A DNA stretch of 64,000 nucleotides from Epiperipatus broadwayi. Taxonomy: Eukaryota > Animalia > Onychophora. Below, one piece after another: positions 39,775 to 52,861 of this stretch (position 1 is the first letter of the stretch; the number at the start of each line of letters is the position of its first letter). The notes below the pieces were generated by a model that saw only the letters and a program-made list of their open reading frames with translations, had not been told where the DNA came from and searched no databases. The stretch lies in the NCBI GenBank assembly GCA_028023455.1, contig JAQFVV010000004.1, forward strand, positions 682,001 through 746,000, written 5' to 3'. A program made the position numbers and the translations under genes.

Positions 39775-40090
39775 TTAAAATAGGCAAAACTCTCTCCATA
39801 CAGTAGTGCCACTCTAAGCAAGAGAGAGTAATCAATGGATGCCAGAAGGCTTGTGCATAAAATCCCTAGCTAGTGCCTACTCATCCAATATCCCCAAACT
39901 AGTTTCTGGCTTATGGCCTTCGTCAGTGAGGAGCCTTGGATCTGAGAGCACTGCACCTAGATCTTAGGATCTAATGCAACCCTCCAGCACTACTGTATGG
40001 AGAGAGTTTTGCCTATTTTAACAACAGTTATGAGCAAGCATGGAAGATAGTGATCATGTGATGTTTTAAGGTTTAATCTTTTAGCTTGTT
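39775..40090. mobile_element. Family B element with inverted HHR-bearing segment and perfect 35-bp inverted repeat
   Basis: 39775-39809 is the exact reverse complement of 39987-40021. An HHR lies on the minus strand between the arms. Confidence 0.8.
39891..39932 (-). ncRNA. Minimal type I hammerhead motif
   Basis: TCCTCA-CTGACGA-A GGC CATAA GCC A-GAAA-CTAG-TT-TGGGGA. 6-bp stem I, palindromic ACTAGT stem III, GUU cleavage triplet. Confidence 0.75.
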
Positions 40091-41971
40091 AATAAACAGA
40101 ATCAATAGCTAGAAGGATAACTGATTTTAAACTTGAATTTATGCTTATACTTTATATCTTGTGATGACTAGAGATTATTTTTAATTAGTGTTGTTTTATT
40201 TTATCTATTTTAATTCAAACATTAAATTTCATAATTTTTAATTTTATTGTAGTGTTTACTTCAATAATATTTATTTTAGTAACTCCAATCAGTTAATATT
40301 TTCATTGCTTGTGATTGGATTTAAGTTAATATCTTTTTTATGTAACATTATTAATCTATTATTAAATAATTAAGCATAAAGATTCAAATGTTATTGTAAA
40401 AAGTAAATGTGAACTACTAATTATTTAATATTTAAATACATGTGCTTAACTTGGTTCAATTTTTTTCTTTTAATCATGAAATCTTCAATATATCTACATC
40501 TGCTTGTCAATCAATTTTAAGTTATTAGTTTATTGTTACACTCATTGAATCCTTGTCTAGTTATATTATTTTCTTTTCTGTTCTTACTTTAAATCAACTT
40601 TTATCAAAATTGTAAGATAATTAAAATGTCTTAGAATCATTATGTCAAAGGATCTTTTTATCTTCGTTTAATAAATAATAGTAAATAAAATTAGAAATTG
40701 AGTACTAGTAAAGAAAAAATGAAGTACTTTCTTAATTTTAGTTTTTTATGAAGATGGTGAATATACTGTTCATTATAAGACTTCATCAGCATTGGATTAG
40801 AAATGTGAAGTAAATGAGTGAAGTATAGCACCATTTTTGAAGGAAAAGGTAGACTTTATTTATACTATCTTACAATATTATCTCAAAGACACTAAAACAG
40901 GTATAAGATTGCTTGCCTTCCTAATAGAATCTATCAGGATAAAATACAATGGGTAACTAGAATGAGGCAGCTAGGTAATGAAATATTTTGGAATAAAATT
41001 TTGCTTCAGAAAAAATTGAAAAACAGTATTGCAATTTGTCAAATAAATAGATTAAAAGATATATTTGTACTTCTTTGTATAGTTTTTTTTAATTATTGCT
41101 AAATTTATCTTTAGTTTTTTTAGTTTCTACCTTTGTTTTTCTGCAGTTAGAATAATCATATTTATTTTACAAATGGCTATTAATGATAATTATATATATA
41201 TTTATAGTTTATTAAAATTTTAAAATGTATACTGTAGTGAATATTAAAGTATAAATATGTGCATTATATGCCATAAATATCTTAACATCATGAAAAACAA
41301 AAAATAAGTTTGCACAACATATAAACAGGTCATTATATATATATGTAGTGAATAACAATTGTGTGAATATAAACAATATGACTGCTAAAATGTAAGTATT
41401 TAGTACATGGAGCTATAATTAAATTACTATTTAGAGCAAAGTTAAAATATAAATTAAAAGAAAGTACATTTTTTCTGGCCACTTTCATTTATTTTTTTTG
41501 TCATATTTATGCTTATGTCTTGGGCAATATAACATGAACAATAAATTATTTATGCAATGCAGTGTTCAGTTGTATATTGCCCTCTAATATGTTCTGTGTT
41601 TTTCTGCTATAATCTTTTAGAATCTGTTTTTTCCCAGCAAATATTGATTTTCAAATACATTTAGTTCTAGCAGTTTTTATGTGTTTATCTTTATTGTCTT
41701 GGGGTTATATGTTTAAACATTAAATAGTGCAACAGTTTTGCACATAAATATGCTCAAGCAATAACAATTTGGCCTCTTTGAACTTAGATAGTTTTAAGAT
41801 TGTACATCCTTATAAAAATGGTATAAACTTATTCTAAAATATTATTTTTCCATCTTTTTAAAAAAAAAAATTCTGTGATATGTTGTCTCAAATATATAAT
41901 GCTAATAATATAGCTGATATTCAAAATATTTTGTTCAATTCTTGTAAGCTTTTATGTATGTGTATACATGT

Positions 41972-42155
41972 AAATGGGATTTCAAGAGATTGTAAAATAC
42001 CTAGAAGGAGACCACATATGAGATGGATGAATGAACTAATGAAGTGTGCTGGAGTGATGTGGAGAAGAGAGACTAGAGATTTGAGGAGATGGATTGAATT
42101 TGGAGAGAGCTTTATCTTGCAATGGGTTGATAATAGTTGAAAATGATGATGATGA
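41972..42155 (+). mobile_element. RTE LINE 3'-end fragment
   Basis: RDCKIPRRRPHMRWMNELMKCAGVMWRRE...ESFILQWVDNS* followed by (GAT)n. Same family as 19119-20731. Confidence 0.9.
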
Positions 42156-43853
42156 CAAATGCAAGTCTAATAGGCAATATTTTTTTATTAGAAAGTATTA
42201 AACTAATTTCTGAATCTTAAAGTAAAAATTATAAATTAAAATATTTATAGGTAAATAAAATATAAATTGCTAGTCAATAATAATAATAATAGATAATCAA
42301 GAAACTACTATTAATAATATTGTTTTGCTTTTTAAATAAAAATAAGAAGAAAAAAAAACAAGTAAGGAAGAAACTATATAATAGATAAAACACATCAGCA
42401 TTCACCACAAGCAATGAACTAGCCAATTTGAGCTGCTCTATAAATCAATCACAAATTACTGAGGGTTGCATTTCTTTTGGATGCATAAAGTCATAAGACG
42501 TTTATATCTTTAAAATACATTAAAGACATGCATTCTAGAAATAATTATTCCCAAAAATAAAAACTCTTAATTTTAGTCCAAATAAATTAAAACAAATTAT
42601 TTTATAAATTTATTAGTTTAAAGTATAAATAAAATGCATTTTATAAAGAGTAATAATAATTTTATTAAAACCTCTCAGTAGTCAATAACAAAATAAATAA
42701 TGATAATTATTATTTAAAAAGAAATCAGTTCGGAATCATTTATTTATTTCTCTCTCTCCTTGTTTATGAATACTTCACAAACATATTCAAATATGTTACT
42801 CTTTGGTTATATATATATATATGTATAGTTTTGTTTATTCTTTATCTTATAACTATGTTTCTGCAATAGCTTGTGTTATTGATGATAATTTCTTTTCAAT
42901 CTATTGCTGGAAACAACTGATTAATATTAAAGCAATTTATTTTATCATTTATATCTACAGCTGTTGCATTTAAGTTGTCCTTATATATGTATGTTTTGAA
43001 GGACTTTGTAATGTAAAAGTTAATATATTTCCTTATCGTGCCTATGATCTGGAATTTGAATCCAGGAGAAATTGGACCCCACCCCAGTTCTAAATAATTT
43101 TTAAAAAAATTATAATTGTTGATAATCAACCCAATTAACCATCCAATTATTGATTGATAAGTGGATATCTTGATATTTTTAGTTAAAAGATAAAACAAAA
43201 AGGGAAAACAGACCACTAACACTTGGCATTTCTCTAATTTAATATTATCTTTTCGATTGTTTCTCTGTAGAGAGATGATAAAGAGGTTTACATATATACT
43301 TCGAATAAACTTTCAAATAGTATTACTTTTTAATATTTTTCATAAACAATGTAATTTCTTAAGTTTTGCATGAAATACCAAATATGATTTTTTGCAGCAG
43401 TAACTAAATTAAAACAGATTTAGAGTTTGTATCGGAATACATTTTTTTTTAAACACAAACTTTAGTAGAAGAGTTGTGAAAAAATTTATCAAGGTTAATA
43501 AATTTCCATATTTTTGGAATACATAAATTTGGATTATTAATTTAAAAGAAATCCATAATTTAATTAAACATTCTTTTATATATATATATTCCAGTTCTAG
43601 TAATTTACAAACATATTATTTCTTTATTAATAATCTTTTTAATCATTATGATTTTCATGTTTTTTTTCTCATCCTTTTACTAAATGTTAAAATGTTAGAA
43701 CAATTCTTTGCTAATGTATCACACTCTTTTATTCTTTTATCTACCCATAAAGATTTAATAAACTAAAGCTTAGTGATTTTTTTTTTCACCCTACATGTTC
43801 TAGAGCAATGGTAGAGTGGTAGATTCAATTCTGTCACTTCTGGGGTTCAAACA

Positions 43854-44269
43854 TCGTGTCTGGAAAATTGAGTATTCATTTATATAATCTCTTTAAAGTG
43901 CATGTGCATTGGCTTAATCGCTAATATTACTATTACATAAATAAACATAGCGCTATATAAAATAATATCTCATTATATATGTTTAATTTCAACTAAAGAA
44001 TGACGGTTTGTAAATTGTAAAGATTTCGCAAAGTGTCATTCGTTCAAACTTAACAAATGTAATTTGAAGTGACCGTGTAACAACATCTCACACTCTTATT
44101 TCCACACACTTAAGATTTGCCCATACATAAACGTTTGGGTCGGAAAGAATGGGTGGATTCATTCCATTCTTTCTAAAATACTATATCTCGTGTCTGGAAA
44201 ATTGAGTATTCATTTATATAATCTCTTTAAAGCGCATGTGCATTGGCTTAATCGCTAATATTACTATTA
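43854..44269 (+). mobile_element. Family C element, direct-repeat form (82-bp repeats, period 334 bp)
   Basis: 43854-43935 and 44188-44269 differ at one base. The interior ends in an HHR-like motif (44099-44146) and the hairpin GAAAGAATGG/CCATTCTTTC. Confidence 0.75.
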
Positions 44270-45126
44270 GTATTAAAGCATTATATTTTTCATCTTCAAT
44301 TTACTACTAATTCGGCATCATTATGTGAAAATATTGCCACACCATCAGCAAATGTTAATATATTTTTTGAACAATATTCCTTGATTATCTTTCAACTAAA
44401 TAAATATTATAATTTGAAATAAACACCACTTCTATATTACATTTCTACTAATTTCTTGTCTGTAAATAAATTATGTAGTCTTGAAAACATTTTTTTATTC
44501 CAAATAATTATTTAAAGACTGTGTGAGAATGTGTCTAAATAACCTTTAAATTCACATCTCTATGAAATGCTTTCCTGGTTAGTAATCCAATTATTATTCT
44601 CATTTATGTTTTTCTAAATCTCTCTCAATAGTCATATCTAGATTCAATCTTGTATATCCAACTTTGTTTTCTGCAGAAGTGAATTATCTTATTCATATAT
44701 ATATATATATATATTCTTTAGCATTTTAGTATATCTATCCTCTTTACTAAAGACTTTAACTTTGTTCTCTTCACTAGTTAATTATTACTAACATTTTTTT
44801 CTTGGTTAACTTATTAGCTATATTATCTATTCTGCTCTTAATAGAAAAAGTACATAAGAAAATTTTGTTTGATTTAATAAAAATTTGTAGGAATGCTAAG
44901 TAATAACATTCATAATATATATATGTAAATTTTCTATAAAAAGAACACCTTGTTATTTATGCTACAAAAAGAGTATTCTTTGGATGAATTCAAGCTATTT
45001 AATACTAACTAGTGACTTATTTTTTCCATGCTGCTACATACATGGTATTTTAATATAACTACTGGACATTAATTGAGCCAAAAAAATAAGGGAAATTTAA
45101 AATCAAATTATCATTTAAAAATATTG

Positions 45127-45400
45127 TTATTTGTAATAGGAAAATACTATTGTCAATACTGTTACCAATGAGAAAATGAAAGTTTTATAGATCTGGAACT
45201 CAATACCTGAATTGTAATGATATAGTTTACTATACAAGATTACAAATGGCTGAGAAATAAGGCATGTCCAAACTAATTCCCCTTTAACCCAGCAATGACT
45301 TTTTAAAAAACTAATGCATTTATATGTGGAGTTTATTTTAGTCAACATTAGAAATGGATCTATAATGCCATATTTGACCATTCATATATGTTTAATAATG
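45127..45400 (-). pseudogene. Possible CR1/L2-type RT relic
   Basis: KGELVWTCLISQPFVILYSKLYHYNSG resembles the KG..V...FLDLSKAFD.V.H.ILL.KL..YG segment of non-LTR RTs. Confidence 0.35.
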
Positions 45401-45880
45401 TAGAGCACAAAAGTACTGTATATGAAAATGTGTAATTGTTTGCTTGAACTAATATAGAAATTATTAAATATATATATATGAGTGTGATCTTATATTTGGT
45501 TTAAATAAAAACTAAAAACGTTCTTAGATCGTAGGACATTTTAAAGTATTTCAAAGAAAAATTAGATTTAAATGAAAAATTTAAGTTTTGTTCAGATTCT
45601 TGGAAATTATCAGATGAATTATATGTTTTCCATTTAAAACATAATAATTTTTAATTTGTTTATTGTAAAATATTGAAAATATAGTCTTGATTTATAGAAA
45701 TTTCTGTTCACTATTTTTCATATAGAACTACTAATGACTATCTATCTTGCATATTTTGGATATGTACATGTCTTATATTCACCTTATATTAAATATATTA
45801 GTAATTAATTTAGGTAGAAGAAATGAAGTGAGTTTAAAATTTTATGTCAGGCTTGTTCAAATAATTTAAAGTAACAAATA

Positions 45881-45990
45881 CTCTCTCTTCCTCTCTCTCT
45901 CTCTCTCTTCCCTCTCTCCCCTATCTTTCTCTCCCTCTCTCTCCCACCCTCCCTTTCTCTCTCTCCCCCTCTCTTTCTTTCCTTTTTTCT
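45881..45990. repeat. Imperfect (CT)n polypyrimidine tract
   Basis: About 110 bp of only C and T on the plus strand. Confidence 0.9.
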
Positions 45991-47923
45991 TTAGCACTAC
46001 AACCACAATTTAGAAAATAATGTGTTTGATCAATATTATTAGGTAAAGAAAAATCTTTTTGCTCTTCTCCATTGGTTTCACTTCTCTATTACCATCAATA
46101 TCAAAGATAATTAATGCAGAATTGCAACACTAACTGAAAGTATGTAATATTTTTATACAAATCATAGTTTAACCCAATACTTAGGTAAGGATGAATTATT
46201 GTACAAGATACTGGTGAATTGTTTCTAGAGTCATTTTAGATGTAGTGTGCTGCATGAGAGACCTGAACAACCAATAGTATAACATACAATTTTAGAAAAA
46301 GAAGTATTACCATATTTACATAATATCTCTGATATTAATTATCTTTAATTAGGATAATGTCTGATTGTAACATGTGTTATATTTTTGAGGAATGATAAAT
46401 TTTTGTTAAATTTTTTGACTTTGTCATTTTCAGATTTAAAACCCATGTAGCATATTTGCAATGAATCCACACAGGTATTTTTCCAGAAGGAATTTTGGAT
46501 ATAAATAGATATAGCTTGTAAGCAGACATTTCACAGAGAGGTATCCAAAGTCTCTTCTATTCACTGCCATTTCTAGTATAAAGTATTATTTTCACTCATA
46601 GTGGATACACTCAGTACTGAATATTGTTTCTCAACATTTATAACTTATCAATTCGTGTGATATTTATGTTACTGTGATATATTAATTATAATGCATTAAT
46701 TTCACTTTAATATGTCATATATCTTTTGATAGTGTAATTTCTATGTGATTTATCTTTTTTTTTGGATCATTAATTTCTCTTTCTATTTATCTGTGCATAT
46801 ATAATAAATATAAAAGTGTCATCAATGCTATCCACAGTCTTCCTGCTTATAACATTACTAGTAAATGATTTTATATGTAATGTAATCTTGACAATGGTTG
46901 TTAAATATTTACTGATGTTATTATAAGCATGAAAGCTATGGATGACGTATTTTATATTTATATTGAGTTTGAGTCTCATTTAGTAATAAGTAAATTTAAT
47001 GATTTGATTATTCATAGAGTTGTACTATATCAAATTTTCTTTTACATTTACAAATTTATGTGTTTTTGTATTTTTAAAACAGAATGTGCTAATTAATTTG
47101 TAATTATAAAATAATTATGATTGAACATAGTTAAATAAATAATTATTCTTTTGTTTTCTTTTTTTTTTTAGTATGTGTAAACTTGTTTTTATTAAAAGTT
47201 TTAAGATATTAAATTAAATAATATTTATTGTATTTGAAAGTTAATGAAATATATATGTGTAAAGAAAAACAATTTTTTGAAATAGCTAAGTTAGTTCTTA
47301 AAGTTTTGTAATTGTTAAAAGATATGAGATGAGGGTTTTAAAAGAGAATCCATTGATTATTATGCAATAATTTCAAGCAATCAAGCTTTGCTGCTTAATA
47401 CTCATGCCGTCCTTTTTATAGACATGATATCACAGCTATTGATATATATTTATAGATTTTAAAATTATATTTGAATAAAAAAATTTTTTACTAGAATCAG
47501 TTTATGGAGATTTTCTGTGTTGCTGTATGCCATCAACAAGACTCCCCAGATATACAATCTTTCATTAAATAAGAAAGAATTGCATTAACTATTAAACTAT
47601 GTTTATTGTTAAACTATATCAAAGAAAATACAAGAAATATAAATAAATATAGAATTGAATTCCAATTTTAACATTTGGACTTGTAGATTATAAATCTGTT
47701 AACTATTTTCTAAATAAATTATTTCCCCTATGCTACAAATTTGTCATTGTTTATAAATGTGCATAATCTTTATTTTTTTTCTCCATAATTATGATTTGTA
47801 TAAATAGCTCTCCAATAAATGAATCCAATTGTGGATTCATTTAATTTTGTCATTATTAAAAATCTTAAATAACAATGTAATATAAATAAGTCAATTATTT
47901 TATATAGTGCGATGTTTATAAAC

Positions 47924-48290
47924 TGTAATATATTTAAACAGCATTAAACTGTTGTGCATGCGCTTTGGATTTTAACTATAAAATGAATGAATACTAACAC
48001 TTCAACCACATGATAAACTCTTTGGAAAAGATAGAATTGCCATCTATCTATCTTGGTCATTCATTCAAGCGTGTAAAAGTAATTTAAAGTGATTATTTAA
48101 TATCTTCACGCTTTCATTTTCAAACACTTAAGATTTGCCCATACAAAAGCGTTTGGGTTTGAAAAGATAGATGGCCATTCTATCTTTTCCAATGACTTTA
48201 TCATGTGGTTGAAGTGTTAGTATTCTTTCATTTTATAGTTAAAATCCAAAGTGCATGTGTAACAGTTTAATGCTGTTTAAATATATAACA
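47924..48290. mobile_element. Family C element, inverted-repeat form (126-bp arms)
   Basis: 47924-48049 is the reverse complement of 48165-48290. The loop is homologous to 44034-44146 (CACTTAAGATTTGCCCATACA...GTTTGGGT). The arm is homologous to the 82-bp repeat (AGTATTC...AAAG(T/C)GCATGTG). Confidence 0.8.
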
Positions 48291-50035
48291 ATGTAATATT
48301 TAAGTTAATTATAAAATTAATATTTGGATCATGCTAATGACCTTTATTGTTGGTCTGATAATAATTTCAATCTTTAATTAAAAAGTATGTATAAATGTTG
48401 CATTTATATTCATAATCTAAACTGTAAATAACCAACTTATGAATAAAATAATTAATTAAAAATTGTTTTATTTAATTTATAGTATTTCTTTTATTTTCAA
48501 CATTTCTAAGTCTTAATTGCACCTGTGATTAAGGTGATTACAGGTATAGATTGAGATATTGCTATTGGAATATTGTGTACATAAGTCAGTTTTACATCAC
48601 GATATTACAAAATAAATCTGTTGATAATATTTACAAATCCCAGATGTTCAGAGATACAGAGTTGAGTATGCCATTACATTGTGTAGGGACATATAATTCT
48701 ACAATGGATTATAGGACTATGACCAGATTATAGGATTATGACCACACATAAATCTATCCCAATCACATTCAACTCATTAAGTTCCTATAATGCTAGTTTT
48801 TATTAACTATGGTAATTATTTACCATGTGCTAAAATCAGACTTATTATATGATTACCATATCCATTGAATAACATGATATACTAAAACTAGTGCATACAA
48901 TTGAGAATTAAGTAAATCAAAAGCTTTAAACATTAATACAACAAATAATTTAATGAAATAAGATTTGACATGGTATAAAATAAGAATTTCGTAAATCGAA
49001 TAATTAATCAATTTGCTGACACATATCAGTTTTACAATAAAAATTCTAAGACTAACATATATATTATTCATTGTATTTACTATTTTTGCTATTTACATAT
49101 ATCAGCCCAAAATATATGCTTTGGACATTATTATCAAGGATTTGTTTAAATTTATTACTATTAACAGTCATACAGCAAGATAACCCTCCAATAAATACCG
49201 TGAAGATTGTTGTCTCAGCAGTCTAGATCCTTGTGACTGCTCATGCACTGTCAGAAGATTGATTTTGCCTATCATCCTAAAAGTATTGGATCTAATATTA
49301 AGAATTGCACTTGCAAATAATTGTAAATATTATCTTAATAATATTCCATTTACTTTACAATTTATTTTATCTCTAGCATAAATGATACATGGCTGCAGGA
49401 AAAGCTGCAAGGAGTTTGTCTTTTTTTTTCTGACCATATTTACCTAATTATATCTGTTAAGATTCATTGTTTTGTTTGCTTTTTGCAAATATTTTCATAT
49501 TGTTTATATATATTTTTTATTTTCACTAACATTAATATTAATAAATTTAATAGTATTCAATTCTTTTTATAAAGTTGACTAATTTTACTATATTTTATAT
49601 ATTTTTTAAATCAATTAATTATTGTTGATGTTATCATTATTATTATTTTTGTTGTTATAAAAAATGATCAAACATCTTCATACAGAACAAAACACAAGAA
49701 GTATTAATCAGTTGTATGTTGTAAAGAATGAGACTTTTAAAAATTCTACTATGATTTGGCTATGTTCTTTCTTTAATAAGTTATCTAGAAACTAATATTC
49801 TCCAAATAATAAAGTTTTTAAGATGGCTGCAACTAATAAATTACAAAATATTATTTTGTAATATATATATATTATCATTCACATGTGGCTATTTATCTGT
49901 TAACTGTGCAATGTTTTAACATTATTTGCTATGATGTTCTAACTATATATATGTACTGTTTTCTGTCATTTGATATATTATTGTTAGTTTTTTTTTCATT
50001 CTTATTGAGTTTTTACATTAAGTTGTACTTGATTA

Positions 50036-50142
50036 GTCAAGCATTGGTGGTCAAGAGTTCAGCGACCGCTGCTTTACAAGCAGTTGTCCTGGGATAGCAG
50101 GTTCGCTTCCCGGCTGATGCTATGACTCATGGGGGAAAAAAA
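50036..50142 (+). mobile_element. tRNA-Gly-derived short SINE (TAC anticodon)
   Basis: GTCAA-GCATTGG...GTTCGCTTCCCGGCTGATGCT-ATGACTCATG plus a G/A tail. Perfect 16-bp TSD AAGTTGTACTTGATTA at 50020-50035 and 50143-50158. Confidence 0.9.
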
Positions 50143-51458
50143 AAGTTGTACTTGATTAAGAATGTAATTTATGATAGCTTCATATTGAATTTGTGATAAC
50201 TTATTATCTAAAGATGGTAATTATATCTATTGTCAACATTATCACAATCTTATCACAAAATATATATGTGATTTTTATCCTCATTATTAATAATATGGAT
50301 TTAAACTCTACCATGGCATTAGATGGCTCTTTAAAATTAGTTTTATGGCAGACCACAAACAGTTATAAAAATGCAGTCTGATTTTGATATTTTTCCATTA
50401 AAATGTTGATAGAAACAATCAGAATCACTCATCCATCTAATATTCATAATATTTATAATAATCATTCTGCAAGTATAAAGTGTGATAAACAGAATAGCTA
50501 AAATTCAAAAAACATTTAATCACAAAAAACTATTTGCCAAGCGCTTTTGGTTCATGTTTTTTTTTAATTTTGGCTACTCTGTTTATCACACTTTATGCAT
50601 GAAGAATAATTTTTATTATCTGACAGAGTTTTTGTATTATTTATTTATAATAAGCATATATTTTTATTGAATTATATAATATTGAAGCTTTGAAAAAAAT
50701 TCAAATGGATTATGAAGTTTAATAAGTAAGATGTTTATTATCAAGATAATGAAGATTTGCTACAATTCATTTTCAAAATGACAAACTTGAAATGGAATGT
50801 TTCTCTAGTATTCGTTTAGAAAAAGTATTTTATATAAAATATAGAGCGAATAAACAAAGATTGTTGCACTTTTTGCTTTTCATAAACTGGCTAGATCATT
50901 TTTATATAAGAGAAAAATTAGAGAATAATAACCATTATATTTTTATTTTTTTAGCTATTCAATGCTTTTTTTTTGGGGGGGGGGGTTGGTAAAACAAAAA
51001 TAGCATGAACAAAAAGATATAAGGAATTTATTAATTCACCTAAGTTCTAGTTTAAAAAGTAGAATCTAATATTTTCCATCTGAATATATACAGTATTCAA
51101 TCTCATCTTGATGAATTGTTTATTAATGTGATCTCTCATTTAGTTTTTATGACATTATTGTTATGTCTGATTATGGGTATGAAAAATTAGTGCATTCAGG
51201 TGTTTTATATAAAGCTGTTTTAAATTATATTCATTACATTCCAACCCTTATTATTGCAGTGTCCATAATTAATTATCGTTACTTTTTCTCCTGGAGATCT
51301 TTTTTTAATTACTATATACAAATTGTGTACAGATTTATTATATCTTTTATTTAAGTATAGGGGATTTGAACTCAGATTTTCAAGCACCCTTCAATTATCC
51401 ACACTATCTTATACAACTGATACACATGATCACACACAAGTAGAAAAGATAAATAATC

Positions 51459-51502
51459 ACCAATATACATATTTCATGCTAAACCAGCACTCATCAGTTG
51501 GT
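51459..51502 (-). ncRNA. Type I hammerhead ribozyme motif, core intact
   Basis: ACCAA-CTGATGA-GTGCT GGTTT AGCAT-GAAA-TATGTA-TA-TTGGT on the minus strand. Confidence 0.85.
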
Positions 51503-51970
51503 CCAGATGATATCTTCCACACATATATATAATCAGTGCTCAGTTTATATTAAGATAGCGAATCTTCATACTTTAATGGACTGGCTTCAATCTACTCCAA
51601 CTTTCCAGCCATCCATATCATTGAGAAAATCTGATGATGAAAACCCAAATCCCATGCTGATGCCAATATTATTGCCATACCCATGTTGACCTCAAGTCAA
51701 TCTGACCCCTCATGTGTAGGACCTTATCCATTTAAATATATAGAATAAAATACATGAGGGGTCAGAGTGACTTGAGGTCAACATGGGTATGGCAATAATA
51801 TTGGTATCAGCATGGGATTTGGGTTTTCATCATCAGATTTTCAATGATATGGATGGCTGGAAAGTTGGAGGTTGGAGTAGATTGAAACCAGTCCATTAAA
51901 GTATGAAGATTCACTATCCTAATATAAACTGAGCACTGATTGTATATATGTGTGGGAGATGATAATCTAG

Positions 51971-52014
51971 ACCAACTGATGAGTGCTGGTTTAGCATGAA
52001 ATATGTATATTGGT
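51971..52014 (+). ncRNA. Type I hammerhead ribozyme motif, core intact
   Basis: Identical 44-mer on the plus strand. Stem I ACCAA/TTGGT, stem II GTGCT/AGCAT, 2-bp stem III, AUA triplet with predicted cleavage after 52009. Confidence 0.85.
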
Positions 52015-52861
52015 GATTATTTATCTTTTCTACATGTATGTGGTCATATGTATCAGTTGTATGAGATAGGGTGGTTAGTTGAAGGGTTCAAATCCCCTAT
52101 ACTTACAATTAAGCTCCCAGGTTTGTGAAGAGTACCTGATTTTCAAATATGTATATATTTTATTGCTGAATTTGATTTCCTATTATTTAATTTACATTCA
52201 CTCTCTGTCATGATAATTGATAATATGAAAATAGATTTTTTAATTAAGGAGCATAAATCTACCTATAGTTATAGTTTTAATTGACAATTTTATATTTATG
52301 CCTATAGCACAATCATGAATTTTTACTTGATCACATAGCTATTAGACTTAATATTTTAAATATGAGTCTTATTTATCTGATATAGCCTTTACTGTTCATT
52401 GTTGCATTTGGTTTTATCTTATAGTAACTCAGATTAATAAACTATCACATATTAGATTGAATAATATATATAAAGTTTTTTATAACTCCAGAATATCTCA
52501 ATTTCTTGAATCTCCAAAGCTACTGATTGTATTAAATTGATTAATAAAAATAGGAAACATTTTTTGTGGATAATTGATCAATGAATTGAAAGATTAATTT
52601 ACAAAGCAAATAAAATGTTTTAGTGGTAATTTAGTTTCTTCAAAGCAACTTAATAATGAAATTAACTAATATATAAAAAGCCAAATTAAGGTATTATAGA
52701 GAATTTCTATGCAATAAAATTAAAAAACTTCCTAATTAAATAATGATCATTTATTAGAAATAATTTATTAGAAGTTAATGCTAATGAAAAATATTGATAT
52801 TTTAAATAATGTCTTTATGTATATACCACAAGTGGAAACTTTCCATTGTATTTGTTTTTTG

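Larger units (their letters stand above)
51352..52105. mobile_element. Family A fold-back element, arms about 51352-51715 and 51752-52105, 36-nt spacer
   Basis: Near-perfect palindrome from TAAGTATAGGGGATTTGAAC to GTTCAAATCCCCTATACTTA. No ORF of recognisable product. Confidence 0.9.

Noticed and set aside
43798-43853. A-box/B-box-like tRNA head upstream of family C
   Set aside because: No cloverleaf can be completed and nothing similar is seen at the 47.9-kb family C copy.
51323-51689. Short ORFs within the family A palindrome (also 6786-7019)
   Set aside because: No protein motif, and frames are not conserved between arms or copies.
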